Part shown: positions 52,393-64,000 of the stretch, piece by piece
Layout of the letters: each line of letters begins with the position of its first letter
Numbering within the stretch: position 1 is the first letter of the stretch
DNA from: Lingula anatina
Lineage: Eukaryota; Animalia; Brachiopoda
Direction: 5' to 3'
Length of the DNA stretch: 64,000 bases
Assembly: GCA_051362555.1 (NCBI GenBank)
Contig: CM120641.1
Location: 27,472,401 to 27,536,400, forward strand
The notes under the pieces: model-generated
The model's database searches: none
The model's input: only the letters and a program-made list of their open reading frames with translations
Told to the model about the DNA's origin: nothing
Made by a program: the position numbers and the translations under genes

Positions 52393-54933
52393 CCGTACAA
52401 TGGAGATAACAAATCAGTGCTTGAATTAATAAAGCTGATTCTTTCTCGAGATTACAGCAGGGGCTTTTACCTTGATTCCTCCGTGATCTGCACAAATACT
52501 GATCTTTACGGCAACTTTGGTATCAATTTCACTCCCATCGATCACCGATTGAGAATCGCATCGATGTAATGCTGATGCTGATAATTTTTCATCGATTTCT
52601 CCGGGCTTTTCAAACTCTATTACAATAAAAGTCAACCACAGCCACTGAGTGAAGCCTCAACTGCGACTAAATGCCAGCGTGACTTTTCTTGAAGCCAGTT
52701 TTGCATAAAGTAAGTTCCTGGTTAAGCGTCCAAGGATATCATCGTCACCATCAGCCAATGGAGTTCGCCCTAACTGCTCAATTGCACAAGACGCGAAGGA
52801 TATTTAGGGGGAAATGCTTTCTCCTGTTCATAACAGGTGACAGAAGAATAATACCCAATTTGTCCGCTCTATATTCGAAGTCAGTCTCCGTTACTTAATG
52901 TAAATACGGAGTTGAAAGCAAGTCAGAGTGACATTACAATAGCACCTACATGCTAACCACGGTCAACTGTTGGTGTGAATTGTTTGGCTGGAAACGTGAT
53001 AAAGGAAAGGGGGAGTGACCAGCACATTTAAATGATTTATATACCTCATACCAATTGACCAAAGGAGACCACCCTCACCACCTGGCTTTTCTGCTAAGTG
53101 TCACCGTGTCAAATAGCGTAACTGTTTCATATCAGAGAAAGGGGGTATTAGATAAAGGGCACAGGCAAGCCACATGTACAGTATATGCAACACATGCTTT
53201 ACATGCTGGGTGCATTGTTTCGCTGTCCACCCACCTCTCACTCCACGGTTTATTCTTAGGTAAGGTGACATCATCGCACTTTAAGCCATAGTTCATTTTA
53301 GGGAGTAAATTGCTATTCGCGCCATTCAATCATCGGGCATTGTGAGACAGTGTCAGAGTCTTACGTAATTGCAGCCTTTTAATTGGATGGCAGAGGGAGT
53401 GCTGAAGAGACAGAGACACAGCGTGATATACGAGCCTACGTGGATCACAAGACAATAAGAATGACGTGCTTAGACCAAAACGATGTCCAGATTGACCTTT
53501 TATGCGTTTGCATACTTGTGTGCGTGGTCAATATGGTCGATAAAGTGGATTAGACCGAACTTCATTAAAGTTGAAAGAAAGCGCCGAACACAATCACATG
53601 GAGCAATGTTGGCTTACTGATGAGAAACTCCAGGACAAACTCTCTTGCTTTGTTTTGTTTTTCGAAATCGATAAAAAGGGCGGGAGTGATTAATTGAATT
53701 TATAATTAGTTGCGCCGTATTAGTATAATTACATAATAACTGTGCACAGCAGGGCATTTAAAATTAATTGACAGAAATTGTTCTCGTTGTAATTTTTGTT
53801 GATTCACTGTACATGAACTTTATCATATTATTTTCACACTAATGAAATAGGGAATTTTAAACATTCTAGCCTTCTTTATTTTTCGTTTTCTTTATACTTG
53901 CATATCATGTATTATACACTTCTTGGAGTGATGAAAATAATCTGATAATGCCGCACCCACGCCCATTGGCCATTATCCAGTTTGAGCTGCCATCTAGCGG
54001 ATAAGAAAACTGTTATTGCAGCTTCTTTTTGTCTTTTATATCCGGTCACAAAAATGCATCTGACCACATCAAGTCTACCAAAAGTACTTTTGAAACACCG
54101 TTTTCGATCACTGATATGCTATGTCAGTGATGTCAAATAATGTCTAAAAGAATTAGTTACGATTTTATTGGCTCAAAATGAGTACTGTATGTTTTTCAAT
54201 TATCCTACAAAATATTACTTCAGAAGCTATTCTTATTATATAAACACAAACAAGCACACTTTATTCAATAAGAATTCTTATATGTTCCTGGTGTGTATCA
54301 AGAATACGATACAGGAATACTTAAAATCAATAAATTTTATTGACAGTACATATATGTTGTTAATTTAAGTTACTTCCTTGTACAAAAGATGCCGAAGGTT
54401 AAGATTTTATTGGCTGCTGTTTAAAACCAGTAAGCAATAGTGAGATCAGCATTTCTGCAACAGGTCCCTTTGAAATAAATGTGAAGAAAAAACTATTACA
54501 TATATGGAACTGTATCTTTGGACTTCGACACAAATCATATTCCGTAGGCTTGCAGTATTTTTTACACAAACCCCAAGATAGTTTTTCATATTCAGGCTAC
54601 CACTTTCTTTCTTTCTTTTTCGTTTGTAATTTTTCACGGCATGCAGGGAACAGAAATAATATCAGAAAAGTGGCACACTTAAAACTTCTTCCGGAGGCAT
54701 TAAATTAAGGTAGCCTTTCAATTTTATTTCTATGTTTATCTACGACATATTACCAACAAATACAACATATAAACAAATAAAAAATAACGTATATTAACAT
54801 AGGTGTAAACAGCTGGGAGGATTGCATAAAATACTGACCCCGATATGCAAATTCTTAATATTCATGTACATCTGTTCAATAAAACCAAATTGCTTGAACA
54901 TTCTAAAATGACCAGCGAAATGGAACGATTCAC

Positions 54934-55974
54934 TTATGACGCTGCAGACACTACACTGATGCGGGACTTCATTGACTCCTGCTTTTTCTTTCTAAAGGGC
55001 TGCGAGGCCACAAGAAGTATTGTAAAACCCATGGCTACCTCCAGAAGTCGTGTAGCAAAGTGATACCCCCACCATGGCCAAGGCAGAGGGGTCTTATTCG
55101 TATACAGTCCGAATTCACTAGCTATTCCCCACAAATTCATCAACGCAATGCAAAAGTACAATACTGCTCCCGCAAGCGCCACTTTCAGCGCCATCGTCTT
55201 TTTCGGCTGCGGTATGTGAGAGTCACGTTTTTTGCCCGACTTGGCGAGGGGGGTTTGGCTCGTTAAGCTCATGCGTATTACCGTCTTCCGGTCTCTGATT
55301 GTAATATTATAAAGTTTCCGAAACAAGGCAATATATGCAAGTGAAGTAACGATTCCTATTAAAACATAGGTGGCTTGGCAGACCACTAGAATGGCTCTGG
55401 CCTCGAAGTGATACCCAGTCACCAAGTCAGCTGTGATAGCAAGAACGAAATTGAAAACAATCACTGTTATGATCACCCGGCCATTTACGATCTTGGGGGA
55501 TACCAGTTTGAAGCTCAAAAGTTTTGTGAGCATAATAAATAACAATATGAATGCTGAAGTGAGACAAGGGAGTGTAACACTGATGGAAAAATACGCGAGG
55601 GCTGCTGGGAAAGAGTTGTTGGAATTGTAAGCGTCAGCAAAAAAGTAACAAGTTCTAAACAACCCCATTATGAACATCAGTGTGTTCATAGCGATGAAGA
55701 ATGCCTTGCTTTTGAGTCTTTGCATCAGTAAAAGTCTTATCACGTTCACAATTGATATAAGTGCTATGAGGGCAAATAATGCACCCAGTGTGTATATGTG
55801 AACTTCCCAGGCTGCTCCCCATTCTGATTTAGCCTCCTTCCAGTTTGGAACCGGCTCTGCAAATGGCTCCACTGTGGTGGTGGTACTAGTGCTTGTTGTA
55901 ACATTTTGGAAGTCCTGGCCCAAAGTCTCAGACGTCGTTTCTTGTGGTGCGGACGTAAGAACCGCCGCCATCAT
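54934..55974 (-). CDS. PRRT3/PRRT4-like multi-pass (about 7 TM) membrane protein, 346 aa, single coding exon
   Basis: Long clean ORF; AEPVPNW...WGAAWEVHIYTLGALF, RTCYFFADAYN, PWPWWGYHFATRLLE; Thr-rich N-terminus with an NVT sequon; acceptor-like TTTTAG just upstream of the ATG (55984-85). Confidence 0.82.
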   Translation of the reverse strand: MMAAVLTSAPQETTSETLGQDFQNVTTSTSTTTTVEPFAEPVPNWKEAKSEWGAAWEVHIYTLGALFALIALISIVNVIRLLLMQRLKSKAFFIAMNTLMFIMGLFRTCYFFADAYNSNNSFPAALAYFSISVTLPCLTSAFILLFIMLTKLLSFKLVSPKIVNGRVIITVIVFNFVLAITADLVTGYHFEARAILVVCQATYVLIGIVTSLAYIALFRKLYNITIRDRKTVIRMSLTSQTPLAKSGKKRDSHIPQPKKTMALKVALAGAVLYFCIALMNLWGIASEFGLYTNKTPLPWPWWGYHFATRLLEVAMGFTILLVASQPFRKKKQESMKSRISVVSAAS

Positions 55975-56517
55975 AAAGTTAGGCTAAAATAAATTTAAAA
56001 AAAAAACGGGTTTAAGAGAAAACCAATAAAAAGTACAATGCATTCATACGAAGATGACACGTATATAGACCATTTGGTTTATATAAATGTGTATGTGTTT
56101 ATGTATTGCGTATTGGACAGCCAGAAAATCAATGCAACAGTAGAGTACGCGCGAGTAACATGAATTGATCAATCAGGGTTGGTCATTCAGTGAGTCACAA
56201 GGGAGTTAATAATAAAGACAGAAGGACTTTGTCAATACGAAACAGATTGACAATAAAATGTCTAAACACAACGTGTTTGTATTGTTTTCAAGAATTATCC
56301 GTAATGATGTTTACTTTTGACATAGGGCACGAATACGATTAATAAGCAAAAATTGGTTGTTCGGGATGCTTAGGCAGGTCCTCACCCATATGCAGTTATC
56401 ATTATCCATTCAGCTTATATGCACTTAAATATTCTGATCACATGGAATTAATGCGACATTGGTCGGCATATTTTTATAGCATTGTTGATGGCGGATGCAC
56501 TGAAACTTCTCCCAGTA

Positions 56518-56749
56518 CCGGTGTACCATGAAAATCTGACTCCCCCAAAATTTGACTCCCCAATCAGATTTTCATTATGAAAATGTGACTCCCCTATTAA
56601 ATTTTCATAATGAAATCGGACTCCCCCCATGAAATATTAACCCATAAGATTTATAAAGTTTTGTGAGGGGGAGTCAAAATTTCATGGGGGGACTCAGATT
56701 TTCATTATGAAATTTTGACTGGGGGAGTCAGATTTTCATGTTACACCGG
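56518..56749. mobile_element. Palindromic MITE with TA target duplication and internal GACTCCCC repeats
   Basis: TA|CCGGTGTACCATGAAAATCTGACTCCCCC...GGGGGAGTCAGATTTTCATGTTACACCGG|TA. Confidence 0.85.
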
Positions 56750-57356
56750 TAGTGTTTCTTCGTTTTTCTACTGTCAAAACTGAACTGTTTCATGAAGCAA
56801 CAAAACTTTACCACTATATTCGGGAAGTTGACAAGTCGTTTCTCAGGCACGGGTTTATTGTTGAGAGTCACACAAAGCTTTTTAACCACAGACATACCTG
56901 TGTAATAGTGCGTGCGAGTGTGATGCGCTTAATGCCCTGTTATGTGAACGCTACGCCCATTTTTACCTACGGTCAATCAATAGGCAAAGTACTTTTACAT
57001 GTAGTTAAAGCAGGCACATGCTCGACTTACATGACTTTTGTAAATATCTACACGTACATTCAATCGACTTTTTCAAAGGCAACTGATGTGTTTACAATTT
57101 ATTCTTAGACTGGGTTCCCATACTTAGATCGATCCATCTGGCATTTAGGTGCAAAATTCTCACTTAAAATGAAAACATCTGACTTATCACCAGTCAAATT
57201 TTACTTAAAATGTCGGCGTTAAAGTTAAGACAAACTTTCCGCTGATGTTATTGAGTGAAACTACTAGTCATGACTAGTAGGTCTAGCAAGCGGAAGATCG
57301 AAGCTGAATCAGAGCATATTACACTTCACACTAAGTCGTCAAACTTCTTCACTCAC

Positions 57357-57592
57357 CTGTTATGTTATGTATAACGAAGCCCAGCCAAGTGCGATGGTTT
57401 TTCTTTCTCAATGTAATAGCAGGTAGAAGATGTATGTTGTTTTGATTACTTTAAACTCGTACTACTGTACGGTAAAAGCCAACGTTTTTCGTTCTTCAGA
57501 GTATCGCTGTCTTCTCAGGTAGACCAAAACATCGACCCGGAAGTTGACCTTTTGTATACAAGGACAAGTAGTATCGATAGTATATATATATA
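57357..57592 (-). promoter_or_regulatory. Candidate promoter and non-coding first exon of the 54934-55974 gene
   Basis: Minus-strand TATATATA near 57581-57592 and a consensus donor CAG|GTGAGT at 57356 that could pair with the acceptor at 55984. Inference only. Confidence 0.3.
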
Positions 57593-59249
57593 GGAACTAA
57601 GGTTTACGGTGTCTCCCGACGGGTTGCGGTGCTAAATTACCTGAAGTTATATTAGAATTTCAGTCCTCAACACACAGCAGTCATATGTTTCTTCTATATT
57701 GTATAACTTGAAGCAGTTAAACTAACGCTTCACATTTCGAATGAGGCATTTTAAACCAGAGAATGTCAATCGACAATTATTTGAAAACCACAGCAGTCTG
57801 TACATGTATTGGCTGATGTATGAATACATAATGGACAAAAGGCTCAATACGTCACGGATCTACGTCACGCAGCGCATTGAGTCAGCTCAATTGACTCTAA
57901 ATTATGAAAGAGTTACGGTATTTGATCGATTAAAAATTTTTCCGGCATAATGGAGGAAAATGAAAGGGGTTGTTATGACGTGAAGGTGTGCAAACACATT
58001 TAAATCAATTGCAGTTGAATGAGTTGTTTGTTGGCATTTAGTGATGACTAACGGTTCACAAATAAACCTTGTCAACATCAACGTTTTAAAGAAAAGTATT
58101 CACCTCATATACGGAGGATGGGATTGCGCTTTATTATAACTTTTAAACTGTTTTACCACGCTAAAATAAAATTAAAGATCAAAACTGTATAAATTTACAA
58201 TCCTGTTTTTTTTTTAATTCAACTTTTTTTTGTTCTATAGCAAAATGAAACTAATTTGTTTAATGTTTAACTTTCTTTTATTTCCTTATTAAAGTCATGA
58301 TTATTTTTGACAGTTTTTTTTTCTACCGTGATTAGATTTATATTTGGTGGCTTTTCTATGAATACTTCAGTTTGAAATATGATCAGAAAAATAAAAAAGT
58401 GGAAAGATTCTGATGTAGCATTAAACCGTGTTTTTAAAGACCACAGTTGAACAAAGCCCGATTTTTTTATTCATAGAACACATTTTTTAAATTCCCGCTC
58501 TTTGAATTAGATGGAGATTATTACAAATGAAATATATTTCTGATTTATTCATGCTTGGACATGATAACGAAGGGACTAGAAACGCGGATCAAGATCAAAG
58601 GAAAATTGGCTGAGCGAGAGCTCTATTCGTGAAACCGTCGGAGTTCGGATCACTTGACCTCCCGAGCATATCGCGGTTGTCGACGACTTTTTTGTGTCAT
58701 TTAGAGTCATTTAGACAGGTAGATGGCGATTACGCAGTCGGATGAGACAATAAACTTTTAGGGATTAAGTATAAGTACAATTTGTTCTATCAATTTTGAA
58801 GCTACTGTATGTGAGAATTTGATATGTTTGTTCATGGGGGAATTCAAAATGCCCTATGTGGTAAAGGTAATCTTGTTTGTTGCCGTAAAATGAGCATTCA
58901 AGATTGTATAATTGTAGTGTAGCATACTTGTTTTTAGCTATGATCCGATAGGAAAATATTTCTACTGTCGAAAATTTCTCTCTATGCGAGAGATTAGTCT
59001 GAGAAACCTTCAATCGTGTCTTGAATTAAAATGACGCAATTTCTCTCCGATTTCTTAGGCTCGCTGCCACCCCCCCCCCCCCCCAATGGAATGGACTCAC
59101 CCCGCTATATTTGGTCATACAGCTGCTAGTGAATTTTGCATCTTTAATAAAGAGTCCAATCAAAAATTATGTTGAATACTTTATTTATATATAAAAAGTT
59201 TTAAAAATACAAACACACGAACACACATGTATGCCTTATTACATATATA

Positions 59250-60911
59250 CAGACTTGACATTTAATATGGAATATTTTTTCCAAATCATAATTCATCAGT
59301 TTTTTTCCTATTTTGCAGACTGATAAATGAAAATAAGGATCAAAATCGTGTTTTTATAACTTATGATAAACTGTTCCATGTCATTGTGACATCAGTTCTT
59401 TAATTGACTTCGCCAATGAAGCAAACAAAACTACATTGCCAATCTTAAGTCATACGACAACCATTGAAAGCGATATTTTGGATCTCCATATTTTCCAAAT
59501 TATCGTCTTTAAAATAGTTACACGACCCACAAAGAACCTTCATGTCAGTGTCTAGTCACAGTAACGGTCGCCGCTATGCCTGACCTTATCCTTCTGCTAC
59601 CAGAGCTTTCAAGAGGCAAGGCATTTCTTGCGATAGTTTTTTAAGAATTTAATCTGGAATAAAAGTCCAGGCAACGGTTAAAGCTTGTCCAATTTGGTTC
59701 AATTTTGTTGTAGGACATGCTGGCCGTTGATTTGGCGACTATTGACCTAACCACATATTGTCAAAGTGGTTCAAATATGGCGATTTTGATGACCAAGGTA
59801 GCTGCTCATTCCCTTGGTTCTGTAAGTTATCTGCTAATAAAAGTGCTCTGTGTGAACCAGCAATCTGATCGTGCAACCTAAAACTGTTCCTAAGGTGTCC
59901 CCTATCAAATGATAGTCAAGTGGTTCCCAGATTATTCCTTTATTTGATCTGGTTCAGGTTTTAGTCAATGACTTCCATTGGTGTTTTGGCACCAATGTGG
60001 TATCAACTCCAAATACTGACGCTGTTAATGGCCCTAGTCACTTCAGAAGCGGCACACACCTTGTCGTAGACCTCTTGAAGATGTCTGTAAACTCTTTTTT
60101 GACCAATTTAGCGGTACAGGCTAAATCTGACCTCAATAAAGAAAACAACGCGGTTTCAATGTTCTACCCAGAAACGGTCATGGTCCCCAATTCATTAGAG
60201 AAACAGACTACGCTGTTCTGCTGTTTACAGTGGCCTCCTCAGAGGTGGGCTGGTATCTTAATCTGCTTAAACCAGTTTGGTGTTCGCTAAGAGACTTGGA
60301 AAACGCGCTTTAGTGACAATTTGCCCCTCATTTAAAACGGACTGGGTGGTTTTGGTTTAATTGCAGCAGCATATCCTGAAGGAAATTGAGTCCTGTATTC
60401 TGGTGGTAAGATATCGATACATTGGACGTGGTGTCTGTGTGGGTACATGAGCCTGGGCATAAGTCTGTGAAATTGTGCGGACCGTTTCTTTTGGGGCAAT
60501 AATCTGTCTGGCAATGTCTGTCTTTTTCGCGCCATTCTGGCACATTTTAACAATTTTGAAAAACAATAATTAACTCATTTTACGCACTGCAAAACCGACC
60601 GCTTGCATGCAAAATTTCAAATTCTTCTATGCAATGGTTGCCGACATATGGATACTTTTTTGACAGAACCATCCCTCGCCAAAGCCAAGCTTTGACCAGC
60701 CCAAAGGAGCACTACCCAGTTAAATCAATGCATATTTAACAATGCAGCAGTGCATCAGACTTGGTAAGCAGTTAATTGGTAGAGACACACCTTTCTTCAT
60801 ACTTCCCCAGTCAGATATCTTATATGAGATCTGAGTGTTTTCAATAAAGAACGCATTTTTACCTAGGTATACCTTTAAAACTGAAATATTCCATATTAAA
60901 TGTCAAGTCTG
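59250..60911 (-). mobile_element. Tc1-like DNA transposon (second family), both ends intact, transposase heavily decayed
   Basis: TIR CAGACTTGACATTTAATATGGAATATTT at both ends with TA flanks. Minus-strand remnants: KKTDIARQI (HTH), VFFIEVRFSL, SVSIWS, LHDQIAGSHRA, LPWSSKSPYLNHFDNMW. Confidence 0.88.
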
Positions 60912-62114
60912 TATATATATATAAATATATATGATGAAAAACTATATACCAAACATATTATCAATACATCATTTCATAGGTGTGTACTGACTGTTTGAAA
61001 AAAATCACTCGCGTGTCTTCAAAAAGTTACTTCCAGCAAGCCCATGTTCTACAAAATTTCCTGAGTACATATATTTGAGAGATTTTTTTTCCCGTCAGAA
61101 CTTAATCTTTCAAGAATAAACATAAAGACTTTTTTGTTGTTTCGGCTCTTTTGGACTTAAAATAAATCTAAAGTTTACATTTATAAATATGTATAATGAA
61201 ATAAATTGGATTGAACCCGCTAGAAGTATAACCAAAAATAAAATTCTGCTTATTAAATGATAAATGTTACCGGCCTTTTCAAAAAAAAATTTGTCGTTAA
61301 GCTCTGTAATTTTTTATTCATCTATTCCTTATAATTGATTTCTTAAGAAATTGTTTCATGTATATGTAAAGTCTTTTGAACATGTTATAATGGATTTTAG
61401 ACTCAAAATAAATTTATTATTATTATTTATTATTATTATTTATTATTAAAATTAATGGTTCTAGCTCATTACATATATCTTACACTGTATAACAAAGCTA
61501 TAAAAGATGCTCAATCTTTTCCCCCTCTTTTCCACGAAAAAACAGCATATATATATTTTTAGGTCAGCTTTCACAGGTAAAATTCTATGCAATAATTTGT
61601 ACTGATACCATAGTATCTTATTGTCCGGAAATGTCGTAAGCTAAGGTCCAATTTACATTTTGCCTTTAGAGTATCATAAAAGTATCTTCACCCCTTTCTA
61701 CTTTTCAAACGAAAGCCAATTGCAGACTATGCATAAGGCTGTGTGACTATATTATTGTAAACTACAGTAGTTACTCGATCTTGGGGGGATAGTTAATTTT
61801 ATAATGTATTTTTAAGTCTCTTCCATGCAGTAAAAACAACAAAAATGCGCTCCAGAAATATAATTTTGTGATACAATTTATGTATCTAAAACTTTGATAA
61901 TTTTTATATTTCTTTTTAATCCCGTTTCCTTTTAGATGTTCAGTATCCCCTTGTATCTTTAAATAACAATCATTTGGTAGTTTGAATTTTCTCTTAAATT
62001 TATCAAGATTTGAAAGGTCGCCATTGATAATCAACAATTTTGCGACTGACATCTACAGTGAAACATTTATTCATTCCACGTTTTTGTTTTTTTTTTTCAC
62101 ATCTACTCGAATGA

Positions 62115-64000
62115 TTATTGATCAAAGGCGGGATTGGATGTACCGTTGCCATGGAGAGTTTTTGCCTTAGAATCGGTGTCGTAGATTGTCCCCGCGCGGT
62201 CTTCTGCACGTGCAGGTCCCCAGTCAGCTTGCGGTGATCCAGCTCTCTTCAAGGCATAAAAAATCATACGCACACATTATGTAACTATGGCATATTTACA
62301 GGTATCCATGGAAATACTATTATCAGTCTGATTCAGTTTGCACATTTGAATATTTGACCTAGTATAAATCAAAACAGCACTTGCAAATGTACTACTTTAC
62401 CTAATAATTCTATTGAATAGCAGATGACTGAGATAAAGAAGGACGGTTTGCCAGCCTTACAGTGCCCTTTTTAAAAACCCATTTTATTTTCCTATGCAAT
62501 GTTAGGTGTAGAAACTTAGGTGCAAAACAAGGCTATGGTGAAAACTTAAGAAACTTGTTAGATGTAAAAAATGGGGCGATATACAATCTACTTAATGCGA
62601 CAACATCGTCTTAATCTAATATATACCAGCGGTTTCACTGGAAATTCAATGCATTTTCACATAAGTGCAAACAAGGAAGTGCTGCTTTAATATTAATCGC
62701 TACCAACCTGGAAGCCGCCGTCGTAGCAGTATCTTCCCAGGATCCAGGCAGGGATGAGGGCGACGGGGGTCAACTGAATCATCCACCCCAGGACCTGAGC
62801 CCACACAGGGAATGTATAGCCATGATACACGTATGGCTTCAGCTGAATGAATTTGAATACTATGACAGCCTGCAAAATACGTACTTGAAATTATAGGTAA
62901 GACAAACTTACTTCACGAAAATAGTGAAATTCAATTTCCGATTTACCGTCTTAGCAATATTCGAAACTTGAATAATATCTTACTATGCATTTACATTTCA
63001 CATTTAACGGTCGAGGTTTATCCTAATGGTCACTTACCAACATAAGAAGCGGAGATAAACAACACCAAGTGATCCGAAAGTAGATACCAGGCTTCTTGCC
63101 AAGCATTATTTTCACGTCCTCAGAAAACCTGGACCATCCTAGAGTGAAAACAAAATAAGACGTGATGAAAAGTGATAACATAATTCAATTTAAAACATTG
63201 CCATGAGCCTACAAATTTGCTTTGTGATTTTAACGCCAATTCTTCCCGATATGTGTCACTAGACGTGTTTCTCCTGTATTAATCAGATAATTTCTGGATT
63301 CCGTAAAACAACACGGGTCATCAAGCTATCGGTGCGACTGACCAAACCCTTCTGACAATATTTTTATTTATTTTTATATCCTATAAAAAAGATGGAGCGC
63401 ATGAAAATATGTGATTCCTATAGTAAGAGATATCGATTACCTTTAACCTTGAAAAACAGCAGATTTTCGAGTAAAGCAAGAACAAATTACCCCTTACTTA
63501 CCATAGACCCACTGTAGAACTATGCATTCAAATAAGCTAACAAACAGCAACGGAAACCCTCCAACACTGTGATCCATTAGGTCTAATAGATAGTGGCCAC
63601 CCTGAAATTTGTGAAATGTGAAAAGATGTCCTTTGGTATTTCTTTAAGTTATGCATTTGGTCGGGTTTTGTGGCAAAAACTTGCCTTCAAATGCATCTTT
63701 AAGAATATTTACATTGGAATGCCAATCATTGTTACCAAACAACGTGTCAATACATATAACAAAAACAGATAAAGATCAGAGATTGTTTTTTTTTCTTAAA
63801 TACGTATATGAACCGAAAGAGATCTTACAAGAAATCTTACCCTTGCACACATCGGCAGGCCAAGCAGAAAACACACTCCACACACGACGCCCCTCATGAT
63901 GGTTTCACTCCATTTACTAACACGTAGAATATGTGGATATTCGTCCATTATACTGCTCAAAACGGTCTCTGCCATGGAAAACTGTGCACTGAATCCTAGT
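62115..64000 (-). CDS. SLC6 transporter paralog, last five coding exons (continues beyond the window)
   Basis: Exons >64000-63841, 63601-63502, 63138-63038, 62869-62708, 62255-62115; the three complete internal exons match the plus-strand copy in size; GGHYLLDLMDHSVGGFPLL, YTFPVWAQVLGW, PQADWGP, ends NPAFDQ*. The last acceptor reads AT instead of AG. Confidence 0.85.

Noticed and set aside
52426-52635. 69-aa minus-strand ORF just upstream of the 364-aa 7TM gene
   Set aside because: Non-ATG start, no recognisable motif, and no counterpart beside the paralog; probably 5' UTR.

Overview
AT-rich, intron-rich animal genomic DNA (invertebrate, probably lophotrochozoan; taxon is inference). From 5' to 3' it holds coding exons 2-5 of Wnt10 (+), a defective Tc1 transposon, two recently tandem-duplicated five-exon Fe/Mn superoxide dismutase genes (+), a 13-exon SLC6 transporter with an in-frame stop (+), a third and more diverged Fe/Mn-SOD gene (+), two single-exon PRRT3/4-like multi-pass membrane genes (-), a second decayed Tc1 family, and the 3' half of an SLC6 paralog (-). 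MITEs and microsatellites are frequent. The main observation is the SOD trio. All three have the Mn-type signature and an ER signal peptide instead of a mitochondrial transit peptide, resemble bacterial dimeric SodA more than animal SOD2, and share a GC-AG first intron. Copy 3 ends in the ER-retention signal HDEL. Copies 1 and 2 stop at a TAG that aligns with the CAG just before the T-HDEL tail of copy 3, which suggests an ER-resident MnSOD gave rise to secreted duplicates. All gene models were spliced by eye and no database search was possible.
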